Shown here: positions 1 through 13,700 of the stretch, in pieces | How positions within the stretch are numbered: the first letter of the stretch is position 1 | Layout: every line of letters starts with the position of its first letter | Source: Macrostomum hystrix | Taxonomy: Eukaryota > Animalia > Platyhelminthes | NCBI GenBank assembly: GCA_950097015.1 | Contig: CATNEN010000037.1 | Span: 2,356,001-2,420,000, forward strand | DNA length: 64,000 nucleotides | Reading direction: 5' to 3' | The notes under the pieces: generated by a model | Database searches by the model: none | What the model was told of the DNA's origin: nothing | The model's input: only the letters and a program-made list of their open reading frames with translations | Made by a program: the position numbers and the translations under genes

Positions 1-616
1 AGCAAACAATTGAGTAGCAATTCAACATTACACTCGGCTCATACATATAAAGTACAATAGAGAATGCTGGAAGGTCGATACGCTGCTGAAACAAAAGCCC
101 TTAGTCTGGAGCTAAGTTAGTACCAAAGTGTACTCTTATAGGTCTGTACTCTCTTTAGGCGCGGAGAAGGGAATTGTCTAGAACTAAATTAGATGCAGCA
201 CTGGCGGGCAGAAAATTAAAATAGCAAAGACAGTGGCGGAGATGTTCCATTCATTGTTGCAGGCAAATTTATGTAACAATGCTTTATGCAATTTATTTAC
301 TCATTTGCACTTATTGCCATAACAAATTGATTAAGATCAAGTCATTTTAAGAAAAGAATTATGAGTATCAGTATGAGAATGAGTAAAAAAGGACTAACAA
401 ATAACTGTTTATATCGACACACATTAACATTAGACAAAAGCACAAGATGATAAAAACTAGAAGCACAACACTAAACCATATGAAAGTAGATCATGAAAGT
501 AAAGGTTTAAAGTTACAAATTTGATCGAAACAATGCATTAACTATAATAAGGCAGAGTACTACAATATGCGATCAATTTTTTTTTGTTTGTTCAAGACTG
601 TATGAACATGAACTCT

Positions 617-930
617 AGGGTAAGAGGTTGCGGAGTTGATCAGGAGTGGGTACGTACATCGGGGGTAAGAGGTTGCGGAGTTGACCAGGAGTGCGTACGT
701 ACATCGGGGGTAAGAGGTTGCGGAGTTGACCAGGAGTGCGTATGTACATTGGGGTAAGAGGTTGCGGAGTTGACCAGGAGTGCGTATGTACATCGGGGTA
801 AGAGGTTGCAGAGTTGACCAGGAATGCGTATGTACATTGGGGAAAGAGATTGCGGAGTTGGTCAGGAGTGCGTATATGTACATCGGGGTAAGAGTTTGCG
901 GAGTTAGATTGGTGTGTGCACACTAGGGTA
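617..930. repeat. Minisatellite, 44-45 bp unit, about 7 copies
   Basis: Unit ggggtaagaggttgcggagttgaccaggagtgcgtatgtacatc(g); taagagg recurs at 621, 666, 711, 755, 799. Lies downstream of the SPOP stop codon. Confidence 0.9.
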
Positions 931-1765
931 AGATATTTCGGCGCTGGCCGGAGTATACCAAATACTAAAATTATTTTCTACAGGATTTTTGTGCGGCACA
1001 AAAATTTGATGACTGATCAAGCTTTATAACGAACTTTTTATTTTACGTAGCTTAATACAGAACGTTTTAAGCGTTGCTTGGAAATGCTATTCTTATCACT
1101 TCTTATTACTTTTTGCCTATCCGATATTTCGAGCGTAAACAGAAGCGATAATGTACACTACAATGTGCGAGCATCGACTTGCGCAAGCATAAAATCAAAG
1201 CTCTTTTTTTAAGAATGGCATTGAATAACAAGACTCAGAATTTTCTTAGCAAACTCTAACAACAGTGTGGCGAAAATGAATAACAACAGCAGCTTAACTA
1301 CTTGATGAGAGTTTAAACAACATTAAGTAAAAAGTAGTTCTAGTTAAAATATACACGTCAATCAGACATCCGAATACAGTCTGTTGCTAATCTTTCGACT
1401 AAGAAAGTAAGCATTTATTGACAAAAGAAAAGGTAATGAAGCACAGAAACACTGGCATTAGATAATACACAGACAAATATAGAAATGAAAGATTAGCAAA
1501 GTTAACCTGCGTTGCTAACGAATGTATTTAAAAGTGCATTGTCAACATTTTTAGAAACAGCTGAGTGGAATATATTTTATCAGACTGATAAAATTCTTCC
1601 TTAATAAGAGTACAATCTAACAGAAGATTGTAGCAAAAATGCTTGCATTGACTTGTGTTGGTTGGTGGAAACCATTTCCGAGACTATGTTTCATGACACA
1701 CGTCAGAATTTGTGAGGGCTTCGCAAAGAACAATGTCCAACTTAAGCCATGTAATTAGCTCAGGG

Positions 1766-4700
1766 CTACTGCAACCTTGGCCTCTTCCTTGGCGGCCCAA
1801 GCGGCGGCGTGGCCTGCATTGCCAGGGCTTTGAAGGCCTCCGCAACCAGGTGCGGCTGCCGCCGTACCATCTGGGCCCAGCCAGCCGACTCTGTCACTTC
1901 GTTGGCGTGGCAGAGCAGGTAGTCACAGGCGTGCTGGCGCAACTGCTCGGCCGAGTGAAGGTCGGCCAGCACTAGACAGTCGCAGACGTTTTCCACAGTC
2001 AGGCTGACTGCCAGGGCTTCCTCGCACATCACCTGCGGGTTCGACAGGTTGGATTGGGCAGTGTGAACATGTCGGCGAAAACGTGATACTTATAGTGAGT
2101 AAGGGTGTGATAATTATAGTGGGTAAAAGCATGATAATTATAGTGGGTAAAAGCGTGATAATTATAGTGGGTAAAAGCGTGATAATTATAGTGGGTAAGG
2201 GTGTGATAATTATAGTGGGTAAGGGTGTGATAATTATAGTGGGTAAAAGCGTGATAATTATAGTGGGTAAGGGTGTGATAATTATAGTGGGTAAAAGCGT
2301 GATAATTATAGTGGGTAAAAGCGTGATAATTATAGTGGGTAAAAGCGTGATAATTATAGTGGGTAAGGGTGTGATAATTATAGTGGGTAAAAGCGTGATA
2401 ATTATAGTGGGTAAAAGCTTGATAATTATAGTGGGTAAGGGTGTGATAAGTATAGTGGGTAAGGGTGTGATAAATTTAGTGAGTAAGGGTGTGATAATTA
2501 TAGTGGGTAAGGGTGTGATAATTATAGTGGGTAAGGGTGTGATAAATTTAGTGAGTAAGGGTATGATAATTATAGTGGGTAAGGGTGTGATAAATTTAGT
2601 GAGTAAGGGTGTGATAATTATAGTGAGTAAGGGTGTGATAATTATAGTGGGTAAAAGCATGATAATTATAGTGGGTAAGGGTGTGATAATTATAGTGAGT
2701 AAGGGTGTGATAATTATAGTGGTTAAGGGTGTGATAATTATAGTGGGTAAGGGCGAGATAATTATAGTGGGTAAGGGTGTGATAATTATAGTGGGTAAGG
2801 GTGTGATAATTGTAGTGCGTAAGGGCGTGATAATTATAGTGAGTTAGGGCGTGATAATTATAGTGAGTTAGGGTGTGATAATTATAGTGGGTAAGTGTGT
2901 GATAATTGTAGTGCGTAAGGGCGTGATAATTATAGTGGGTAAGGGCGTGATAATTATAGTGGGTAAGGGTGTGATAATTGTAGTGCGTAAGGGCGTGATA
3001 ATTATAGTGGGTAAGGGCGTGATAATTATAGTGGGTAAGGGTGTGATAATTGTAGTGCGTAAGGGCGTGATAATTATAGTGGGTAAGGGTGTGATAATTG
3101 TAGTGCGTAAGGGCGTGATAATTATAGTGGGTAAGGGCGTGATAATTATAGTGGGTAAGGGTGTGATAATTGTAGTGCGTAAGGGCGTGATAATTATAGT
3201 GGGTAAGGGCGTGATAATTATAGTGGGTAAGGGTGTGATAATTGTAGTGCGTAAGGGCGTGATAATTATAGTGAGTTAGGGCGTGATAATTCTACCGACT
3301 AAAGCAATTCCAAATGTTTAACAAGAAAATCCTATAGTTCCTTGCTTAAAAAAATACACACTTTAACTTATTAAATAAACGATACGACTTCCATTTAAAA
3401 CAGAGAGTTCTCAAAACAATCTGGCCCACAAGAGGGTAGGCTATGAAATTAAGCTTATTTTTATTTAAAAAGCTAAATACCATTCAATAAAAAAACTAGC
3501 ATTCTCTGGTTTTCTATGTAACTTCGCTCCATTGTTCGACTGTCTACTTTCAAATTGCTTTCCAAAAGTATTAATAGTCTCAAAATATTTTTAAGCCCAG
3601 ACGTTTCAAGCAAGGTTTCTAAAATAGATAAATAACAAATGTCAGTAAATAACAATCAACTCACCTTCAAACGATCTAGCTGATATTTATCGGCCGCGGC
3701 GAGTAAAGTGTCAGCCATAGAAGCCAGATTCGGGGCCCTGCCCGTGTACAGGTAGCGCAGCACTTCGCGCATCGTGTCTTCGTCTAAGTCAGGGACTTCA
3801 ACTCTGTTGGCCCGGCTCTCCTCCATCTGGTGCTCAAACATGGCCTAAATGGATTAGCGGATCTAAAATCAGCTGACATTCCTTTAAATCCATTCAGTGT
3901 CTCAGCTGACATTCCTTTAAATCCATTCAGTGTCTCAGCTGACATTCCTACAAATCCATTCAGTGTCTCAACTGACATTCCTACAAATCCATTCAGTGTC
4001 TCAGCTGATATTCCTACAAATCCATTCAGTGTCTCAGCTGATATTCCTACAAATCCATTCAGTGTCTCAGCTGACATTCCTACAAATCCATTCAGTGTCT
4101 CAGCTGACATTCCTACAAATCCATTCAGTGTCTCAGCTGACATTCCTACAAATCCATTCAGTGTCTCAGCTGATATTCCTACAAATCCATTCAGTGTCTC
4201 AGCTGATATTCCTACAAATCCATTCAGTGTCTCAGCTGACATTCCTACAAATCCATTCAGTGTCTCAGCTGACATTCCTACAAATCCATTCAGTGTCTCA
4301 GCTGACATTCCTTTAAATCCATTCAGTGTCTCAGCTGACATTCCTACAAATCCATTCAGTGTCTCAGCTGATATTCCTACAAATCCATTCAGTGTCTCAG
4401 CTGATATTCCTACAAATCCATTCAGTGTCTCAGCTGATATTCCTACAAATCCATTCAGTGTCTCAGCTGACATTCCTACAAATCCATTCAGTGTCTCAGC
4501 TGACATTCCTACAAATCCATTCAGTGTCTCAGCTGACATTCCTACAAATCCATTCAGTGTCTCAGCTGATATTCCTACAAATCCATTCAGTGTCTCAGCT
4601 GACATTCCTACAAATCCATTCAGTGTCTCAGCTGACATTCCTACAAATCCATTCAGTGTCTCAGCTGACATTCCTACAAATCCATTCAGTGTCTCAGCTG

Positions 4701-7700
4701 ACATTCCTACAAATCCATTCAGTGTCTCAGCTGACATTCCTACAAATCCATTCAGTGTCTTAGCTGACATTCCTACAAATCCATTCAGTGTCTCAGCTGA
4801 CATTCCTACAAATCCATTCAGTGTCTCAGCTGACATTCCTACAAATCCATTCAGTGTCTCAGCTGACATTCCTACAAATCCATTCAGTGTCTCAGCTGAC
4901 ATTCCTACAAATCCATTCAGTGTCTCAGCTGACATTCCTACAAATCCATTCAGTGTCTCAGCTGACATTCCTACAAATCCATTCAGTGTCTTAGCTGACA
5001 TTCCTTTAAATCCATTCAGTGTCTCAGCTGACATTCCTACAAATCCATTCAGTGTCTTAGCTGACATTCCTTTAAATCCATTCAATGTCTTAGCTGACAT
5101 TCCTTTAAATCCATTCAGTGTCTCAGCTGACATTCCTACAAATCCATTCAGTGTCTCAGCTGACATTCCTACAAATCCATTCAGTGTCTTAGCTGACATT
5201 CCTTTAAATCTATTCAGTGTCTCAGCTGACATTCCTTTAAATCCATTCAGTGTCTCAGCTGACATTCCTACAAATCCATTCAGTGTCTCAGCTGACATTC
5301 CTACAAATCCATTCAGTGTCTCAGCTGACATTCCTTTAAATCCATTCAGTGTCTCAGCTGACATTCCTTTAAATCCATTCAGTGTCTCAGCTGATATTCC
5401 TACAAATCCATTCAGTGTCTCAGCTGACATTCCTTTAAATCCATTCAGTGTCTCAGCTGACATTCCTACAAATCCATTCAGTGTCTCAGCTGACATTCCT
5501 ACAAATCCATTCAGTGTCTCAGCTGACATTCCTTTAAATCCATTCAGTGTCTCAGCTGACATTCCTTTAAATCCATTCAGTGTCTCAGCTGATATTCCTA
5601 CAAATCCATTCAGTGTCTCAGCTGACATTCCTTTAAATCCATTCAGTGTCTCAGCTGATATTCCTACAAACCCATCAGTCCCAGTCGATATCGCCAGTAG
5701 CGGGTGTTGTGTACAGTACTAACCTGAAACACGGGTGATCTAGCCGATAGCACAGACTTGTGAGCTCTTAACTCAACGCTATTTGCTCCAACACACAGCG
5801 TGACATCAGCGTGCAGGCCGCGCTCCAGCAGCTGGGTCAGCTCCTCGGCTAGCCGACAGTCGGGCACCCGTACCGGCTGAGCGTTGGACTGTCCAGAAAC
5901 GTGCTGCGTCTCGCCGACCACTGACACCTGGGGGATTTTTGTTAGATGTTTAACGCGGATATCAGATAAAAATTGCTTCTCTAAAGCTATAAATTTTGCA
6001 CAAACTGTTAAAAAATCGAAAATCTACCTATTTGCAGAATATAAATATGAAATTCCGATACCAAAAATCGAAAAAACTAATTCTTGAATCTAAAGACCTA
6101 ATTCTTGAATCTAAAGACCTAATTCTTGAATCTAAAGACCCAATTCTTGAATCTAAAGACCCGATTCTTGAATCTAAAGACCCAATTCTTGAATCTAAAG
6201 ACCCGATTCTTGAATCTAAAGACCCGCTTCTTGAATCTAAAGACCCGATTCTTGAATCTAAAGACCCGCTTCTTGAATCTAAAGACCCAATTCTTGAATC
6301 TAAAGACCCGATTCTTGAATCTAAAGACCCGATTCTTGAATCTAAAGACCCGATTCTTGAATCTAAAGACCCGATTCTTGAATCTAAAGACCTAATTCTT
6401 GAATCTAAAGACCCAATTCTTGAATCTAAAGACCCGATTCTTGAATCTAAAGACCCAATTCTTGAATCTAAAGACCCGATTCTTGAATCTAAAGACCCGC
6501 TTCTTGAATCTAAAGACCCGATTCTTGAATCTAAAGACCCGCTTCTTGAATCTAAAGACCCAATTCTTGAATCTAAAGACCCAACTCTTGAATCTAAAGA
6601 CCCAACTCTTGAATCTAAAGACCCAACTCTTGAATCTAAAGACCCAACTCTTGAATCTAAAGACCCAACTCTTGAATCTAAAGACCCAACTCTTGAATCT
6701 AAAGACACAACTCTTGAATCTAAAGACCCAACTCTTGAATCTAAAGACCCAACTCTTGAATCTAAAGACACAACTCTTGAATCTAAAGACCTAACTCTTG
6801 AATCTAAAGACCCGATTCTTGAATCTAAAGACCCAATTCTTGAATCTAAAGACCCAATTCTTGAATCTAAAGACCCGATTCTTGAATCTAAAGACCCAAT
6901 TCTTGAATCTAAAGACCCAATTCTTGAATCTAAAGACCCGATTCTTGAATCTAAAGACCCGATTCTTGAATCTAAAGACCCGATTCTTGAATCTAAAGAC
7001 CCGATTCTTGAATCTAAAGACCCAATTCTTGAATCTAAAGACCCGATTCTTGAATCTAAAGACCCGATTCTTGAATCTAAAGACCCGATTCTTGAATCTA
7101 AAGACCCAATTCTTGAATCTAAAGACCCAATTCTTGAATCTAAAGACCCAATTCTTGAATCTAAAGACCCAACTCTTGAATCTAAAGACCCAATTCTTGA
7201 ATCTAAAGACCCAACTCTTGAATCTAAAGACCCAATTCTTGAATCTAAAGACCCAACTCTTGAATCAAAATCGCAAATGGCTTAAGGATAACAAATTAGT
7301 CAACATCGTAACTCTTAGCTGGATTGTAGCCGTAAAAAAGGATTAATAAGATTAGGCGAGGCCAAAGCACGCCTTTCTGTCTGGTAAAGAGAGCCCAATG
7401 AATGCAAATGGCCTTACATGATCTGAGATGCAATTTGTCCCAAATACGGAGACGAAAGCTTTTGGGCTGGGCGCGATGTAATTTAAGCTGAGAAAAGCTT
7501 CAGTCCAATACATGCTTCACAACCATCTCACCTTCAGCGCGTTCTTGATCACAACCATCTCACCCTTCAGCGCGTTCTTGATCACAACCATCTCACCATT
7601 CAGCGCGTTCTTGATCACAACCATCTCACCCTTCAGCGCGTTCTTGATCACAACCATCTCACCCTTCAGCGCATTCTTCATCACAACCATCTCACCCTTC

Positions 7701-10700
7701 AGCGCGTTCTTGATCACAACCATCTCACCCTTCAGCGCATTCTTGATCACTAGCCTACATAAGAACCCTCTGCGTCATTTGATTCACATTTTTAGCTACG
7801 TACAACGTACAAAAATAACTGTAGTAATTAAGCTTCGTAGAAAAAAGATTACGGACAGAGAGAATAAACTGGAGTTTCTTTGCTTTGGTTATCACCAAAA
7901 ACAAAATTCAGCCTACAATTGGGCTAGATTAGCTTAGTCAACCGGCTAGGGGCCACGCAATAAATAATCTTATAGATTTATTATAGTACACATGTACGCC
8001 AAGACTTTTGCAAACAAACAGCATGCGCTTCTTCATTGCATTAGATAGTTCGCAGTTTTTAGTTAACTAGTTTCAAGTTTGTTCAAATCATTTTGGGCGC
8101 CAATATGCAATCGATGCATTGGCTAGGAATTATTTGCATATATATTTGCGAATTGGTGGATAAAAAAGCATAATTTGCGTTCTAAAGGTTCGGAAAAGTT
8201 TCTGCGCCATTATTATTGTCTATAAAACTTTAACTTTATAAAGTTAAGCGTTTTATGACTGTTATTTTTTATTGTGCAGACAATTTTTTTTGCTTTAAAA
8301 TTTGGTTTACGTATATCGATTTTTTATTTCTGTCTAAACACGAATGACTAAAATGTAGGAGCACCGAAATCCTTTTTTGTTCCTCAGGTGAAAACCTGCT
8401 AACTATGTTGCACATGTTCAGGTGGGAAGCTGTCACATTCATTAGAACCTTCAGGTGGGAAGCTGTTACATTTATTAGATAAGAACCTTCAGGTGGGAAG
8501 CTGTTACATTCATTAGAACCTTCAGGTGTGAAGCTGTTACATTCATTAGAACCTTCAGGTGTGAAGCTGTTACATTCATTAGAACCTACATGTGGGAAGC
8601 TGTTACATTCATTAGAACCTTCAGGTGTGAAGCTGTTACATTCATTAGAACCTTCAGGTGGGAAGCTGTCAACCCCACAAGAACCTTCATGTGGGAAGCT
8701 GTTACATTCATTAGAACCTTCAGGTGGGAAGCTGTCACATTCATTAGAACCTTCGAGTGGGAAGCTGTTACATTCATTAGAACCTTCAGGTGGGAAGCTG
8801 TCACATTCATTAGAACCTTCGAGTGGGAAGCTGTTACATTCATTAGAACCTTCAGGTGGGAAGCTGTTACATTCATTAGAACCTTCAGGTGGGAAGCTGT
8901 CAACCCCACAAGAACCTTCATGTGGGAAGCTGTTACATTCATTAGAACCTTCAGGTGTGAAGCTGTTACATTCATTAGAACCTTCAGGTGGGAAGCTGTC
9001 ACATTCATTAGAACCTTCGAGTGGGAAGCTGTCAACCCCACAAGAACCTTCATGTGGGAAGCTTTTACATTCATTAGAACCTTCAGGTGTGAAGCTGTTA
9101 CATTCATTAGAACCTTCAGGTGGGAAGCTGTCACATTCATTAGAACCTTCGAGTGGGAAGCTGTTACATTCATTAGAACCTTCAGGTGGGAAACTGTCAC
9201 ATTCATTAGTACCTTCGAGTACGGGAAGCTGTCACATTCATTAGAACCTTCGAGTGGGAAGCTGTTACATTCATTAGAACCTTCAGGTGGGAAGCTGTCA
9301 ACCCCACAAGAACCTTCAAGTGGGAAGCTGTTACATTTATTAGAACCTTCAGGTGGGAAGCTGTCAACCCCACCAGAACCTTCAGGTGGGAAGCTGTTAT
9401 ATTCATTAGAACCTTCAGGTGGGAAGCTGTTACATTCATTAGAACCTTCGAGTGGGAAGCTGTCACATTCATTAGAACCTTCAGGTGGGAAGCTGTCAAC
9501 CCCACAAGAACCTTCAGGTGGGAAGCTGTTACATTCATTAGAACCTTCGAGTGGGAAGCTGTTACATTCATTAGAACCTTCAGGTGGGAAGCTGTCAACC
9601 CCACAAGAACCTTCAAGTGGGAAGCTGTTACATTTATTAGAACCTTCAGGTGGGAAGCTGTCAACCTCACAAGAACCTTCAGGTGGGAAGCTGTCACATT
9701 CATTAGAACCTTCGAGTGGGAAGCTGTTACATTCATTAGAACCTTCAGGTGGGAAGCTGTCAACCCCACAAGAACCTTCAAGTGGGAAGCTGTTACATTT
9801 ATTATAACCTTCAGGTGGGAAGCTGTCAACCCCACCAGAACCTTCAGGTGGGAAGCTGTTATATTCATTAGAACCTTCAGGTGGGAAGCTGTTACATTCA
9901 TTAGAACCTTCGAGTGGGAAGCTGTCACATTCATTAGAACCTTCAGGTGGGAAGCTGTCAACCCCACAAGAACCTTCAGGTGGGAAGCTGTCACATTCAT
10001 TAGAACCTTCGAGTGGGAAGCTGTTACATTCATTAGAACCTTCAGGTGGGAAGCTGTCAACCCCACAAGAACCTTCAAGTGGGAAGCTGTTACATTCATT
10101 AGAACCTTCAGGTGGGAAGCTGTCAACCCCACCAGAACCTTCAGGTGGGAAGCTGTTATATTCATTAGAACCTTCAGGTGGGAAGCTGTTACATTCATTA
10201 GAACCTTCGAGTGGGAAGCTGTCACATTCATTAGAACCTTCAGGTGGGAAGCTGTCAACCCCACAAGAACCTTCAGGTGGGAAGCTGTTACATTCATTAG
10301 AACCTTCAGGTGGGAAGCTGTTACATTCATTAGAACCTTCAGGTGGGAAGCTGTTACATTCATTAGAACCTTCATGTGGGAAGCTGTCAACCCCACAAGA
10401 ACCTTCAAGTGGGAAGCTGTTACATTTATTAGAACCTTCAGGTGGGAAGCTGTCAGCCCCGTCAGAATCTCCAGGCAAAAGATGATCAGGTATTAGATAA
10501 AAATGATGAACAAATCAAATGCAGTCAGGTTAAAATGATCGCTCACCTCGCAGTGAATAGTCAGTCTGTCTTCTGGCAAGAGGCCGTTGGCTTCGTCCAT
10601 TAGAAAATCACGCCGAATAAACTTTTTGAAGCCCCAATCTTTGCCCTGAATGAAACGATAGGCTCGCTGGCTCTCTGTGTGAATTGGAAATCAAACAGGA

Positions 10701-13700
10701 AGTTATTTTGTAAGTTTGAGAAAAACTAACTGGTTTTATGGAATTGGCATACCGATAGCTAATTGGCATATTCGTTAGCTTCTTCAAATTCGTTAGTTGC
10801 TATCCTTCAATTCGTTAGTTACTTTTCACAATTCGTTAGTTGCTTTCCTTCAATTCGTTAGTTGCTATCCATCAATTCTTTAGTTGCTATCCATCAATTC
10901 TTTAGTTGCTATCCATCAATTCGTTAGTTGCTATCCATCAATTCTTTAGTTGCTATCCCACAATTCGTTAGTTGCTATCCATCAATTCGTTAGTTGCTAT
11001 CCATCAATTCTTTAGTTGCTATCCATCAATTCGTTAGTTGCTATCCCACAATTCGTTAGTTGCTATCCCACAATTCGTTAGTTACTTTTCACAATTCGTT
11101 AGTTGCTATCCCACAATTTGTTAGTTGCTATCCATCAATTCTTTAGTTGCTATCCATCAATTCGTTAGTTGCTATCCATCAATTCGTTAGTTGCTATCCA
11201 TCAATTCTTTAGTTGCTATCCATCAATTCGTTAGTTGCTATCCCACAATTCGTTAGTTGCTTTCCTTCAATTCGTTAGTTGCTATCCATCAATTCGTTAG
11301 TTGCTATCCATCAATTCGTTAGTTGCTATCCTTCAGTTCGTTAGTTGCTATCCCACAATTCGTTAGTTACTTTTCACAATTCGTTAGTTGCTATCCTTCA
11401 ATTCGTTAGTTACTTTTCACAATTCGTTAGTTGCTTTCCTTCAATTCGTTAGTTGCTATCCATCAATTCTTTAGTTGCTATCCATCAATTCGTTAGTTGC
11501 TATCCATCAATTCGTTAGTTGCTATCCATCAATTCGTTAGTTGCTATCCCACAATTCTTTAGTTGCTATCCATCAATTCGTTAGTTGCTATCCATCAATT
11601 CGTTAGTTGCTATCCATCAATTCGTTAGTTGCTATCCATCAATTCTTTAGTTGCTATCCTTCAATTCGTTAGTTGCTATCCCACAATTCGTTAGTTACTT
11701 TTCACAATTCGTTAGTTGCTTTCCTTCAATTCGTTAGTTGCTATCCATCAATTCGTTAGTTGCTATCCATCAATTCTTTAGTTGCTATCCATCAATTCGT
11801 TAGTTGCTATCCATCAATCCGTTAGTTGCTATCCATCAATTCGTTAGTTGCTATCCATCAATTCGTTAGTTGCTATCCATCAATTCGTTATGCTATCCAT
11901 CAATTCGTTAGTTGCTATCCATCAATTCGTTAGTTGCTATCCATCAATTCGTTAGTTGCTATCCCACAATTCGTTAGTTGCTATCCATCAATTCGTTAGT
12001 TGCTATCCATCAATTCTTTAGTTGCTATCCCACAATTCGTTAGTTACTTTTCACAATTCGTTAGTTGCTTTCCTTCAATTCGTTAGTTCCTATCCATCAA
12101 TTCGTTAGTTGCTATCCATCAATTCTTTAGTTGCTATCCATCAATTCGTTAGTTGCTATCCCACAATTCGTTAGTTGCTTTCCTTCAATTCGTTAGTTGC
12201 TTTCCTTCAATTCGTTAGTTGCTATCCATCAATTCGTTAGTTGCTATCCATCAATTCTTTAGTTGCTATCCATCAATTCGTTAGTTGCTATCCCACAATT
12301 CGTTAGTTGCTATCCATCAATCCGTTAGTTGCTATCCATCAATTCGTTAGTTGCTATCCCACAATTCGTTAGTTGCTATCCATCAATTCGTTAGTTGCTA
12401 TCCCACAATTCGTTAGTTGCTATCCATCAATTCGTTAGTTGCTATCCCACAATTCGTTTCTTTTTATACTAAAATTTACTAGTGTAAGTTTTTAAGTTAA
12501 GTGTAGTGTAGTGCAATTTATTGTTTCGCTTTGTCGGTGGGATAAGAAAGACTAGTTTAGTACACAGTAAAATTCCAGTTAAAAATTGTAAAGCCATTTA
12601 AGAATTTTGACTGAGTGTGTCGCTAGTACGCGTGTATTTTAAAGTTTACATGGGCGCAGCGGACTAGAACTACTGGCGGGCAGTTAGATAAAAAGAGTAA
12701 GACAGAGACAGACTGAGCGGTGGTTACCGGGCAGTTAGGAGCGGGTGGAGCCAGTTGGATATTTAAGGGCACGCGCACTTTGTACTTTATTAATCTAATA
12801 AGCTAGCAACTCGTGCTTAACATATTCATATTGTGTAAATTAAAGTGCGCAGAACAAATTTTGTCTAAAAATAGAATTAGCTTTTTAACTAAAAAATGAT
12901 TCTCCGCTGCATTTCCACCATTATATAAGAGCTGAGTGTACTCTGCAAGCGATACGATTGTGAACCATCCCCTATGTTCCTATATTGTCTTTATTAGTTC
13001 TTTGCCATTTGTAAGTAATTACTCTACGAGAACTCAATTTTGTTAGTTTTCCATCGCCAAACTAGTTTTCGTCCTTTAATCATTTAATCATCTCTAGTAT
13101 GCCATTTAGCCTTCTATCCCAGACTAAAATACGTTAATTAATACCTATAATTAAGTTCATTTTTATCCTTAAACGGTTACTTTCTATTTCTTAATTCGTA
13201 AGTTTTAAATTCAAGTATTCGTATTTTTTTGTTCAACTAGTTATTTTCAAGTTATCGAATTCAGTACTCTCTCGAACTCGCTAGTTTTTATCCCTAAATC
13301 GTTACTTTTACTAAAATCGGTAGTTTTCTATCTTACATCTTACAACACATTTTTTCTGTTGTAAAAATTATCCCTATTTTCTGTTGGATTTTTTCCCTTA
13401 GAACATGCGATGCATAGAAACAGAAAAGCAAAATTGACAGGCCCAAGCCACTCACCCATTGCTTTAGTCTCCTCTCGTTTCGCATTGAGTAGGGAAAATT
13501 TGAACTTTGCTCGAACTTCATTCTTGCTGCCGCAGCTAACAAGCAGCAGGTAGAGTGACAGGTAATCTTTGCTTTCCTCATCTAAGCCTTTCGGGTTGAT
13601 TCGCAGACACCTGTATTTAAGTTTTGAAGAGTTAAAAAGAGTTTAAAGAGTACTTTATGAGCGCGCATGTACTCTTAGCCGCTTGGGTAAAGGAAACAGG

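Noticed and set aside
108-240. Short motifs shared with 12660-12690 and 13650-13690 (ctagaacta, actggcgggcag, gtactctt)
   Set aside because: Too short and scattered to define an element by eye; would need a genome-wide repeat library.
3869-12457. Possible CRISPR arrays (21-33 bp direct repeats)
   Set aside because: Units are contiguous with no unique spacers, there are no cas genes, and the context is intron-containing eukaryotic DNA.
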